A stretch of 16,926 bases of DNA from Candidatus Sigynarchaeum calidifontis (lineage in GTDB: Archaea > Asgardarchaeota > Lokiarchaeia > Sigyniarchaeales > Sigyniarchaeaceae). Location: positions 1 through 16,926 of the forward strand of contig JAUQYZ020000063.1 of NCBI GenBank assembly GCA_030587475.2, given 5' to 3'. The notes beneath the pieces are model-generated. The model was not told the DNA's origin and searched no databases. It saw only the letters and a program-made list of their open reading frames with translations. Made by a program: the position numbers and the translations under genes. Positions 7,756 to 16,163 of this stretch are shown here, piece after piece; position 1 is the stretch's first letter; every line of letters starts with the position of its first letter.

Positions 7756-10422
7756 TCACGACATGATAGCCACCGGGCCAAATAAACCACTCGGGCGCGA
7801 GTCCCTCTCGAATTTCAATGCCTTTGGATGATACGGCCCCAATTGTGCTTTGGACCAGTGCTTCTCCAGCGAAAATGAATGGTACTGGTTGGCTAGCGTG
7901 TTCGTCACTCGCACTTGCAGCACGTTTTTCCCCTTCTGCAGCACGTTCTTGAGCGGGAAAGAATAAGGGGACCATGATCTCGTTCCGAGATCCTTCCCGT
8001 TCAAGATTACTCTGGCGACGTATTTAACGTCCCCCAGGTCCAGAACTCGTGCGGCTCCTGCAATGGCCAGCGTGCAATCGAATTCGACGGAATATTCGAC
8101 CTCGCCCGAAAAGTTATCGCCCACCTTGCTTCGCCAATCCCCGAGCGGTACCGGAACTGGGATGGATGATGGATGCATCACGTGCTCGGACCTTGCAAGG
8201 ATGCCCGGCGGGGACACGTGCCCGCCAGCATTATTGCCCGAATAATCATGTATCTCGATACCCGCCTTGGTGATCACGTGGGAACGGAGGATCCGGCATT
8301 TCCAGCCCGTGCTGACGCCGATTAATTGCATCGAAGCGGGATGCCGGGGCTTGAAATCGCTGTTCAGGCCAGGTTGCATGCCCACCGTTCCATCCGTGCA
8401 GAACCAGATGACTTTCGATCCCGCAAAATGGAATTTGACCGGGATTTCCCAGTCCTTGCCAGTCCGTTCTGCATCTGGAATCGATTCGATTTGCCCGGAT
8501 CCTGGGTCGACGCGAAGAGGGATCCCATCATCATGAAAAATGATCGATGCTTCGATGCGATCCATGTGCTCGTTCGTTATGAAATATAAGGCGCCGGTCG
8601 AGAGTTGCCTCTTGCAGACCCGCAACCACGCGTGCAACTCGGGTGAATCCGGCTGGATCTCGACCAGCCGGGGAACGTGATCGCGAACTTGATCGATATT
8701 CACGAGCGTTGCTCCTTCTGGAATGGTGCATTGGTCGTCTTGATCGGCATCATTCGCGACCACCCATAGCACTTTCACGCCGGCGCGGGCGCACTTGCTC
8801 AAGGCGGACCGGGCAGCGGGGGAAATCCACGCGGTCGGCGATAGACAGATGACCCCGTACCGCATCGGCCCGATAACCAGCGCGCCTGGTTCGACCGAGA
8901 TCGCGGGGTCGACGAGCAAGTCATCATCGATGAAATCGAAATCACATTGAAGGTCGAGCAATCGCTGCACCACGCGATCGTGGGCTTCCGCGCGGCGACG
9001 CGTGTCTGGGGTTTTTGCCCAGAAGTCCCGGGCGGGATAATAGACGACAACGTGTATTTCCGGCTGCCCGCAGCTCAGCAAGTACCCGAGCCGGGCGATG
9101 TAACCATGGAGGTGCTCCATCGCGGGCCATAGCGGGTTCGAGTCCCCGAACACCGGCCGCTCGCCACCCGCGAACCAGTCAAGGTTGGACTGCTGGTACA
9201 CGGCGAGGTCAAAAAGCGTGATCCCGCGTACGGCCTGGTAATCCACGATCCATTTCATCTGGGCAGGGATGAGCCCCGACCCGTACACTGCAAATGATTC
9301 CGAGAGTGCCCAGGGCGATCCCTTCTGGTGGGCCACGCTCGATGCGTACTTCGGAAAATGGTGGTTTTTCTTCCCCGGCCAGAGCTGCCGCCAGATCACG
9401 TCGACGCCGGGGACGTCCATCCGTCGCAGCGGGCGTAGCACGTGGCCGAAGCCGTGGTGCAGGCAACCGAGCGACTCGTCCTCCCCGTTTAGATGCCCGC
9501 CCGAAAGGATCCCATTTTCATGGCACCAGCGCTGGATCTGGCCGAAATATGCAGTCGCGAAGCGATCGGACCACCAATCTGCATAATCCACGCGTGCTTG
9601 GATGTCGGAATCGGATTGTCCCTCGAATAACGACAAGAGCCGGGGCAAAAGATCGTATCCTTTCTTTTCGAGAAAGCCACCAGCCGCGTCATCCGTCCAC
9701 GGAGGCTTGGCGGGGATGTTGGGCTCGTCGGTGAACATCAAGGTGACCGTTTTTCCAAGGTGCGGTCGAAGGGCGGCCTTGTACCGGTCGTGAGTGATTC
9801 GCAAGAATTCCGCCGTGGAACGGGGATTCAACAAGTCTGGATATCGCCCCGACCGGTCGATAAAGAACGCGACGACCCTTGCCCGGCCAAATGGGATCTT
9901 GCACGTCTCGCCAGGGGCAAGATGGCGGACGAATTCCCATTCTTGGTGCCGTTTTTTTCCTTTCTTGTACAAGTTGGCGATCATGCAACCCGTCGGCACG
10001 TGTATCCTCCGTCCTTTCCACGCCATTATATTCCGCTTTTCCAATCGCTGGCGGACAAGTTCTGGAAATTGCTTGACCAGCTCGCCACACGCGCTTCCGG
10101 ATGGCCACCCGCCTTCATCGTATAGCCAGACGTTCATCCCCGCGCTGGCTGCCTCGTCGACCATTGCCCGATAAAGGTGGAAGAACGCGTCGCTCAAGTA
10201 TTCCGGCTCCAGCCGGGTAGGCATGGTGGTGGGTCGGAACGCCTTGGGCTCGGGCACCACCATCGGTGTCAAGGCTTGTCGTGCCCTCATGTCCCGTAGT
10301 TGGGACAGGAGCCCCTCCCGCGTGAGCCGGTCGTTCCAGATCCACATGTACCCCGGCCAGTAAAATGCATCGGGATTGGCCAAGCGAGCCGGCTCGAAAC
10401 TCGAGGTGATTTCTGGAATCAT
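7756..10422 (-). CDS. Glycoside hydrolase, GH106 (alpha-L-rhamnosidase)-like, with C-terminal GH2-type sugar-binding domain
   Basis: Motifs W.WN, EYLS..FF, WLYDEGGWPSG, FTDEP, GHL..E, PGVD and SESF. C-terminal LDLGDV..VARVILNGKDLG..W.PY.F..G.N.L.V.VTNT..N and SGLFGPV. No signal peptide seen. Confidence 0.82.
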   Translation of the reverse strand: MIPEITSSFEPARLANPDAFYWPGYMWIWNDRLTREGLLSQLRDMRARQALTPMVVPEPKAFRPTTMPTRLEPEYLSDAFFHLYRAMVDEAASAGMNVWLYDEGGWPSGSACGELVKQFPELVRQRLEKRNIMAWKGRRIHVPTGCMIANLYKKGKKRHQEWEFVRHLAPGETCKIPFGRARVVAFFIDRSGRYPDLLNPRSTAEFLRITHDRYKAALRPHLGKTVTLMFTDEPNIPAKPPWTDDAAGGFLEKKGYDLLPRLLSLFEGQSDSDIQARVDYADWWSDRFATAYFGQIQRWCHENGILSGGHLNGEDESLGCLHHGFGHVLRPLRRMDVPGVDVIWRQLWPGKKNHHFPKYASSVAHQKGSPWALSESFAVYGSGLIPAQMKWIVDYQAVRGITLFDLAVYQQSNLDWFAGGERPVFGDSNPLWPAMEHLHGYIARLGYLLSCGQPEIHVVVYYPARDFWAKTPDTRRRAEAHDRVVQRLLDLQCDFDFIDDDLLVDPAISVEPGALVIGPMRYGVICLSPTAWISPAARSALSKCARAGVKVLWVVANDADQDDQCTIPEGATLVNIDQVRDHVPRLVEIQPDSPELHAWLRVCKRQLSTGALYFITNEHMDRIEASIIFHDDGIPLRVDPGSGQIESIPDAERTGKDWEIPVKFHFAGSKVIWFCTDGTVGMQPGLNSDFKPRHPASMQLIGVSTGWKCRILRSHVITKAGIEIHDYSGNNAGGHVSPPGILARSEHVMHPSSIPVPVPLGDWRSKVGDNFSGEVEYSVEFDCTLAIAGAARVLDLGDVKYVARVILNGKDLGTRSWSPYSFPLKNVLQKGKNVLQVRVTNTLANQYHSFSLEKHWSKAQLGPYHPKALKFERDSRPSGLFGPVAIMS

Positions 10423-10529
10423 TGAGTATACCTTGCGGTTCCGTACGTTTTATTCCAAACGCCGAGGGGCGATCCGATCCCCGCCTTGCACCATTGGTGC
10501 AGACGTGGAAAAGGATAATAAAGCCGTCG

Positions 10530-11027
10530 ATGCAATACCCCTTCATGAAATGGGATCTATCCTTGTTCACCGCCGAGATCGTCGGCCGCACCTTGACACT
10601 CGACCTCAAGGCAAAGCCGTCGGAGATCGAGCGCCACTTCAAATATGACACTGGAGAATACTTCAAGTGCCGCCAGCTGCTCATCAACTTCGGATACAAC
10701 GAGTTCAAGAAGGCCTTGAGACTCGGGACGATCCAGCTCGATGAGTTCCGGGTGGACACGTTCTACAACTTCTTCAACGCGATCCAGAAGGTCGAGTCGG
10801 GCGCCAGCTTGGCCGGGGGCCCGTGCCCGAGTTGCGGTACGCATAACGACTTCGGCATCACCTATTGCGTGTCGTGCGGCTCCAGCATGGATGCCGTCCC
10901 CGGCGGCAAAGGCGATGAAGGTCCCGGTATCGACACCAGTTTCCCCGAAAGCGCGTGCCCGAAATGCGGGTTCGAGAAGCCAGAAGGCGCGCGCTTCTGT
11001 CCCGGCTGCGGTGCCCGTCTCGAATGA
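10530..11027 (+). CDS. Double zinc-ribbon domain protein
   Basis: CPSCG..CVSCG and CPKCG..CPGCG pairs at the C-terminus. The start is uncertain: ATG 10530 is chosen because TTG 10422 collides with the divergent GH start. Confidence 0.75.
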   Translation: MQYPFMKWDLSLFTAEIVGRTLTLDLKAKPSEIERHFKYDTGEYFKCRQLLINFGYNEFKKALRLGTIQLDEFRVDTFYNFFNAIQKVESGASLAGGPCPSCGTHNDFGITYCVSCGSSMDAVPGGKGDEGPGIDTSFPESACPKCGFEKPEGARFCPGCGARLE

Positions 11028-11040
11028 AACTACCAAAGGA

Positions 11041-11137
11041 TAAAAAGCCGAGATGCAAAAATAAAAGCATTTAAGAGCTTTTTGAAGCTCTGGAAAAAAA
11101 GGCACGAGGATAAGCAAGAAAAATAAAAGCAAATATA
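11041..11137 (-). terminator. T-rich termination region downstream of cdhA
   Basis: Several A5-A7 runs on the plus strand (T-tracts on the minus strand) between the convergent stops at 11027 and 11158. Confidence 0.45.
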
Positions 11138-11157
11138 GCGACTGGAACGCCATGCAA

Positions 11158-13512
11158 TCATTTCTTGGCCCGCGCGGTGCCGAGCCGCTCGACCATGGTC
11201 GGGTCGATGATCTCGCGGGGTTTCCAGTTCTTCGCCTTGAGGATCTCCATGATCTCCGACTTCAAGGTCACGGGAATGTCGGCCTCGACCCGGATGTACG
11301 ATGCCAGGTCGGGGGGCAGGCCGCCGATGTATTTCTTGTGGAGGTCGATCCAGTTCGTGAGCTTGATGCTGCGGCCCTTGATCGAGTCGGCGGGGCGTAG
11401 CGCGAGCTTGGCGATGGCCACGATGGCCTCTTCCTTGGATTCGGCTGCGTAGATGAGGTGCTCGGGGCACGGATCTGCCACGTGCTCGGTGCCATCGCGG
11501 GCGTTCCACACCTTCCAGCGGGCTGGCTCCTCGGGACGGCCGAGGTATGCCCGCCGGTACTCCGCACCATGCGGGCCGATGACGACCGGGATGCCCATGG
11601 CGTTTACACCCGTCGCGATCGACGCCGCTTTCTGGCTCATGGCACCCCACGAAAGGCCAACTGCGCCGACCCGGTGCAGGTTGTAGTCCGCGATCTCCTC
11701 GAAATTGCCGCGGAGCGGGCGCCGGGCGAAAATGTTTGCCACCTTGGCGGCGGTTCCCGTGATATGGCAATTGGCCACGCAAGAGCCGACATTCACGAGG
11801 CAGCCGCGCTCGACCACGCCCGTGTACTTCTCGTAGAGGGTTTGCTTCGTCTCCGGGTCGCGGTACAAGCCGATGTCCATGGCTTCGCAGCCACTCGTGA
11901 GCACGATGTAGCCGCGCTTGCAGAACTCGTCGGCGATCTCGGCAACCTCGTTGATCTTCGACGGGTAATTGGCGCAGCCGACGATTGCAACCACGCCCGG
12001 TATTTCGCCGAGCACGACCGGCGCGCCGATGTTGCGGATTTCGACATCGGTGACGGGGCCGCGGCCAGCGCGTACCTTGAACTTCTCCGCCTTGAGCAAG
12101 TCGATCGCCGAGGACTGGATCAAGTTGAGCGGGCTGATACCTTGCGGGCATTCGAGCTCGCAACGGCCACAGCCGAGGCACTCGGACTCGAGCGCCTTGA
12201 GCTTCGAGAAGTCCCTGTCGATGGCAGCTTGCACGGCCTCGGCCAGGGGCAGGTCGTTCGGGCACGCGCGGTTGCAATTCTCGCATGCCGTGCAGTTGCT
12301 CGCCTCCTCGACCATCTCGTCGGCCTTGGGGTAGATGCTGACGCCCTTCCGCTTGTCATGGAGGGCCAGCGCCACCTTGACCGCGACGCGGCCCGCCTTT
12401 TCGGGGCGGAGGATGAGCACGCCGTCGACCTTGTGATCGACGAGATCGCTCACGATCTTGTCTTCATCGTCCCCGGTCCGATCGGGCAGGCCCATCATGT
12501 TCTTCTCGTTCGTGGCGATGAATGCCGCCTTGATCTTCTTGGCTTCCTCGATGTTATCCGTGCGCACGCACTGCTCGTCGACCATCACGACGTCGGGCAC
12601 GCCGGAGCGGATAAACCGCAACTGGCGTGACATCGAGCCGACGATCTTGGCCTGGTCCCAGTATCGCGTGAGGTCGTGTGCCGTGCAGCAAATGGCCGCG
12701 ACATCGACCTTGTCGTTGAGGTTCTGTTCCTTGATATAGTCGACCATCTCGATGCCGGGGGCCGCGTTGTGCCCGATCATGAGGATGCTCGGCTTCGACG
12801 CGTCCATGCAGCCCATGCCGACGTCGACGAGGGGCGTCTCTTGCCCTTGTTTCTTGAATAGCATGATCTGGGCGAGGTCGGATGCCTCGAGGCCGATCAT
12901 GTCCATGACGCCCGCGTGCATGGCCTTGGCCTCGTAATCGATGAAGCTGCCCTCCTGTCCGGTGTGGCCAGCGCTGAGGAGGTGGACGATCTGGGATTCG
13001 ATGAACTTGAAGACCTTCTCGAGGTCACCGAGCGTGTTGATCTTGATGCCGCAAATGAGGCGGGAGATGGGTGCCTCGACCGCGATGTCGTCACCAAGGT
13101 TGATCGGGTAATCGGGGCCGTATTTTTCGATCATCCAATGGAGCAAGTGGATGCCGTGGGAGCTGTGGCAAGCAGCACCGATGCAGCACGCGATCTCGAC
13201 GATGCGCGCTTGCTGGGTCTTTATGTCGATGCCGCACGCGCCGCGACGGCCCTTGGCGAGGTTGCATTTGCCATAGGTGCACAGGCAACACATGTCGCAA
13301 ATGGGCGCATATGCCGGGGGATACCGGTTCAAGAGGTTCAAGTACCAGTTTCGTAATTCGGTCAAATTCGGCATCGGGGTCGGGCCTTGCGGTTCGAACG
13401 CCGCCTCTTCCTCGAAGGCGATGTCGCCGATTTTCAAGTCCAGACCGGTGATGTTCCCGAACGCCGTGTCCATTTTATCGATTTTAATCCTTGCCGCGTT
13501 TCGTTGAACCAT
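11158..13512 (-). CDS. cdhA: Archaeal CO dehydrogenase/acetyl-CoA synthase (ACDS) complex subunit alpha
   Basis: GPTPMP, CDMCCLCTYGKC..RGACG (B/D clusters). C-cluster ligand motifs GHN, ICCTAHD, DEQC, VGCANY, SGC and GSCV. The extra ferredoxin clusters CTACENCNRACP and CLGCGRCELECP are specific to the archaeal alpha subunit. WGAMSQKAASIATG is also present. Start is ATG 13512 or ATG 13560. Confidence 0.96.
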   Translation of the reverse strand: MVQRNAARIKIDKMDTAFGNITGLDLKIGDIAFEEEAAFEPQGPTPMPNLTELRNWYLNLLNRYPPAYAPICDMCCLCTYGKCNLAKGRRGACGIDIKTQQARIVEIACCIGAACHSSHGIHLLHWMIEKYGPDYPINLGDDIAVEAPISRLICGIKINTLGDLEKVFKFIESQIVHLLSAGHTGQEGSFIDYEAKAMHAGVMDMIGLEASDLAQIMLFKKQGQETPLVDVGMGCMDASKPSILMIGHNAAPGIEMVDYIKEQNLNDKVDVAAICCTAHDLTRYWDQAKIVGSMSRQLRFIRSGVPDVVMVDEQCVRTDNIEEAKKIKAAFIATNEKNMMGLPDRTGDDEDKIVSDLVDHKVDGVLILRPEKAGRVAVKVALALHDKRKGVSIYPKADEMVEEASNCTACENCNRACPNDLPLAEAVQAAIDRDFSKLKALESECLGCGRCELECPQGISPLNLIQSSAIDLLKAEKFKVRAGRGPVTDVEIRNIGAPVVLGEIPGVVAIVGCANYPSKINEVAEIADEFCKRGYIVLTSGCEAMDIGLYRDPETKQTLYEKYTGVVERGCLVNVGSCVANCHITGTAAKVANIFARRPLRGNFEEIADYNLHRVGAVGLSWGAMSQKAASIATGVNAMGIPVVIGPHGAEYRRAYLGRPEEPARWKVWNARDGTEHVADPCPEHLIYAAESKEEAIVAIAKLALRPADSIKGRSIKLTNWIDLHKKYIGGLPPDLASYIRVEADIPVTLKSEIMEILKAKNWKPREIIDPTMVERLGTARAKK

Positions 13513-13590
13513 GGTAATTTCACGGTATAGGTTGATAGAGATAGGTATCTCTTTGTGCATTTATGCTGTTCGAATTACCAAATAGTTGCG

Positions 13591-13607
13591 TCTTATAATA
13601 AATAAAA
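13591..13607 (-). promoter_or_regulatory. Candidate TATA region of cdhA
   Basis: TTTTATTTATTATAAGA on the minus strand upstream of the cdhA start. Confidence 0.5.
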
Positions 13608-13703
13608 CCCTCCGGTTTCGGCCAGATCGGGAAATGAACCGCCATGAAAACGCCCATTTCTCGAAGCTTGCATCTCATCTCATGTCCATTTTCGTTAAAG
13701 GTT

Positions 13704-14150
13704 TCAAATCGACAAGTTTCTCGCAAAACCTACACCACCGGCTCCCAAAGCCACATAGCCTCGCTCCGCGACACGTTTATCTCCCGATGCGATGATGCGA
13801 TCCGGAAGGACGAACACGCGGCCACGCTTTATTTTTCCATAATTCTCTTCGATATCGGCGCATGATTCCGCGAGGATCTGGGTTCCTGGAGGAAGAGACA
13901 ATCGTGTGACCAACACGCGATCCATGAGCAGCGCATCGAGAGGATCGAGTTTCCGAAACACGTCTTGCAAGCTTGGATAGACATCTCCCGAGAAGAACTC
14001 TGCATCCATCTCGATCAATCGCTTAAAGAAGACCGATATTTCTTCTGCTAATTCCGGCGAGGGATTCTTCAGGTACAATTTGATAATCTTGATGATTTTT
14101 CGACTATTTCTGCTCTTTAAAGCCCGGTCCAGTTCGCTCCGGGCTTCATA
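13704..14150 (-). pseudogene. Start-less gene fragment, weakly PIN-domain-like
   Basis: The frame of ORF 13704..14078 stays open to 14150 (YEARSELDRALKSRNSRKIIKIIKLYLKNP...) and then meets TGA with no upstream ATG. LDPLDALL, ILAE and IASGDKR loosely resemble PIN motifs. Confidence 0.4.
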
Positions 14151-14158
14151 TCATTCGG

Positions 14159-14329
14159 TTGAATGATATTGAGAAGCGCGTGGGGTTGCATGAGGTAGAC
14201 ATCGCCCAAATCAAGTCATGGGTCGGCACGGTGTTCGAGCGCGCCAACGCCATGGAACCGAAAGTCAACGCGATGGAAAAGACAATCAACCAGTACGTCT
14301 CCAAGAAACAACGCCCAGAGACCGTGTAG
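14159..14329 (+). pseudogene. Short coiled-coil-like ORF or C-terminal gene fragment (56 aa)
   Basis: LNDIEKRVGLHEVDIAQIKSWVGTVFERANAMEPKVNAMEKTINQYVSKKQRPETV*. Heptad-like hydrophobic periodicity and gene-like codon usage, but only a TTG start with no SD. Confidence 0.4.
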
Positions 14330-14443
14330 AGAAAGAAGAAGGCTTTCCTTTTCCCGATTCAACCCGGATGCTCATGGATTTTGGATCCGAGCCGCATCCT
14401 GAAATTCTTCCTCATTATCACGTCCTTGAAACGATAAGCCCAT

Positions 14444-14464
14444 TATCCAATATCCAATATCCAA
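14444..14464. repeat. 7-bp tandem repeat (TATCCAA)x3
   Basis: Read directly in the sequence: tatccaa tatccaa tatccaa. Confidence 0.9.
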
Positions 14465-14480
14465 TGAACACCCGCTTCTT

Positions 14481-15356
14481 TCACGGTTCCAGCGGCCCGA
14501 ACTTGTCTCGATACCTTGAGACCAGCTTTTCGAGGCTATCGGCCCGCGCCTTCTCTTGCTCGGCCCGCGCCTTCTCTTGCTCGGCACGTGCCCTCTCTTG
14601 CTCGGCACGCGTGAGTAGCATGACCGGTTCGGTCGGGTGCACCAGGATCATGCGGTACGTGGCAAGACCGCCTTTGAGCCGCACCCGGCGCTCCATCAGC
14701 CCGATCCGGAACGGAACGATCCCGCTCGTATCGATGAGCTTGCCCGGGTCGTCGCAGAGGTCTCTCGTTAACGGTTCCCCCTCCTTGATGATGGTTTGCT
14801 TCAGATCGTGGATGCTGTACTGCCGCGTGCTCGGTTGATAAATGTAGGCGCGTAGAAAAGGCGGCTTGTATGTCGACGTGGCAACGTGATACGTGGGAAA
14901 CGTGATGTACAGTGGGATGGCGAGGAGACGACTTTTATCAACGTGGTCGCTCAAGTCGACCGCCCACGAGCTCTTTGACATCACGTTAACGGCCATCGTG
15001 GGAACGCGGTTTTCGTGCTCAACGGCCGCGTATGACGAGAGCTCGTAATCGATCATGAAGCCGCGGAAATAGGATATATCGAACTGGATGTCATATTCAT
15101 CATCCTTGCTTGCCTCGTTCGTGGGATCCTTGAAATAATGGTGCAAATCCCACGTTGTTCGATCGCCGGGGAAATTTGACCGCAACACGTCGTATAAATA
15201 ATTTATTTCCGCTGAATGCGGCTCGCTTTCTCGCCGCCCGAGACGGGGCTTGTCGGGATCGAAGTCCGGCTGTACCACGTTTTTATGGCGGGTGAGTGGC
15301 AGGCGCCCGGGCATCTCGTCTTCCGTCATCTTCAACTCGGCATCGATTCGTTCCAT
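14481..15356 (-). CDS. Uma2/DUF820-like PD-(D/E)xK-fold protein with C-terminal RAEQEKA heptad repeats
   Basis: ESEPH, QFDISYF and VPTMAVNVMSKSSW..D....K...LAIPLYITF match the Uma2 layout (PD...P..V.EV.S.S...D...K...Y...G.I..Y). The C-terminal LLT-RAEQERA-RAEQEKA tail is typical of such proteins. TATA TTTAAATA at 15406-15399. Confidence 0.7.
   Translation of the reverse strand: MERIDAELKMTEDEMPGRLPLTRHKNVVQPDFDPDKPRLGRRESEPHSAEINYLYDVLRSNFPGDRTTWDLHHYFKDPTNEASKDDEYDIQFDISYFRGFMIDYELSSYAAVEHENRVPTMAVNVMSKSSWAVDLSDHVDKSRLLAIPLYITFPTYHVATSTYKPPFLRAYIYQPSTRQYSIHDLKQTIIKEGEPLTRDLCDDPGKLIDTSGIVPFRIGLMERRVRLKGGLATYRMILVHPTEPVMLLTRAEQERARAEQEKARAEQEKARADSLEKLVSRYRDKFGPLEP
14539..14611. repeat. 21-bp coding tandem repeat, about 3.5 copies
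   Basis: tcggcccgcgccttctcttgc x2, then tcggcacgtgccctctcttgc, then partial tcggcacgcg. Encodes RAEQE(K/R)A on the minus strand. Confidence 0.95.
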
Positions 15357-15489
15357 GGTTATCGTTTTGTATATCTTGAAAACATGTCTTTATGAACCTA
15401 TTTAAAGTACCAAGATATCGAATGGCTTCTATTTCAGGGATGGTGTCGATGGAAAGGATGTTCCGATGTGAGTAAAATCGATAAAAACC

Positions 15490-15613
15490 TTCTTGTTGAT
15501 GATGCCTTATTCGTTGACAGATTGCTCCTCACGAAGGAGCAGGCTCGTTGCAAGGAAGTATAGTCAACATCGATCCTTCCCGGCCCTTCGATGAATCAAA
15601 TAAAACGACCATC
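15490..15613. repeat. Diverged non-coding direct repeat, copy 1 (carries a 19-bp insertion)
   Basis: Aligns by hand to 16629-16733 at 77/105 identities with a single 19-bp indel (15528-15546). Includes the exact 14-mer CCTTCGATGAATCA. Confidence 0.85.
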
Positions 15614-15738
15614 CTCATCCTCTTCCTCATCCAAGCTGTGCAGCAATTTTTCCGCCAGAATCGCGCTCTCGTGGAATGGGAGTTGGAGGGCTTCCTTTTC
15701 GATCTCGTTGATTCTTGAAAGCGCGAAAAATTAAACAT
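15596..15738 (-). pseudogene. Remnant of a putative addiction-module antitoxin (TIGR02574/Unstab_antitox-like)
   Basis: The frame 15712-15596 reads INEIEKEALQLPFHESAILAEKLLHSLDEEEDEDGRFI*, matching the family pattern E.EAL.LP..ERA.LAE.LL.SLD. ATG 15738 is out of frame, and the usual W..EA.RR C-terminal half is missing. Confidence 0.65.
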
Positions 15739-15760
15739 GTCGACTGAAATCACGCCAATC

Positions 15761-16159
15761 CTATAGAAGTGATCGGTTCTGCATTAGATATAATTTCTCC
15801 TTATAACTCGAAAATTGATTTTGTAGTATACGATGCTTGCAATCATTCCATTCTTTCCTCGTGATGTAGAAATATTCCGCTAAAACGACTGGATCCCCGA
15901 ATACAACAGCGTATTTCTCCAAGATAGTGCGCCGGATGTGTAAGGGAAGTAACTCGAAGATGTGCATTTCATAAGGGGGGATAATCTTTTGAAGCAATTC
16001 CTTGAAGATCACGAGATTTCGCCTCTTGTCTCGATCCATCGTGATGATCGCCACGTCAATATCCGATCTCGGTCGTCTCTGCCCTTCGATGCACGAGCCG
16101 AACAAGATGATTGGCCACATTGCCAGACTTGCCAGGTCGCGCCGTGCACGGTCGAGCAA
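15761..16159 (-). CDS. mntA: Minimal nucleotidyltransferase (MNT) antitoxin
   Basis: LFGSCIEGQRRPRSDIDVAII is the GSx10DxD motif. Adjacent to a HEPN gene. Start is TTG 16159, or possibly ATA 16171, which lies 6 nt after the SD-like AGGTGA. Confidence 0.88.
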   Translation of the reverse strand: MLDRARRDLASLAMWPIILFGSCIEGQRRPRSDIDVAIITMDRDKRRNLVIFKELLQKIIPPYEMHIFELLPLHIRRTILEKYAVVFGDPVVLAEYFYITRKEWNDCKHRILQNQFSSYKEKLYLMQNRSLL

Positions 16160-16163
16160 CTCG

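Noticed and set aside
11030-12630. Long alternative ORFs 11030..12286 (-) and 11458..12630 (+)
   Set aside because: Shadow frames of the GC3-rich cdhA gene. Arg/Pro/Gly-rich or antisense composition with no motifs.
14443-14464. TTATCCAA as DnaA boxes or a replication origin
   Set aside because: Does not match TTATCCACA, the context is archaeal, and there is no cdc6/orc1 gene or ORB elements.
14539-14611. Possible CRISPR array
   Set aside because: The repeats are contiguous with no spacers and are in-frame coding. No cas genes are in the window.
14218-14838. 206-aa plus-strand ORF and the 14372..14608 minus-strand ORF with repeats
   Set aside because: Their repeats are other-frame readings of the 21-bp RAEQEKA repeat in the Uma2-like gene.
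15572-15598. TGA followed by a hairpin as a selenocysteine/SECIS signal (also GTGA..GA in repeat copy 2)
   Set aside because: The stem is too short for a SECIS, read-through gives no recognisable protein, and the family is not a selenoprotein.
15529-15753. 74-aa ORF from the ORF track
   Set aside because: The protein-like signal is in a different frame (the antitoxin remnant). This frame looks spurious.
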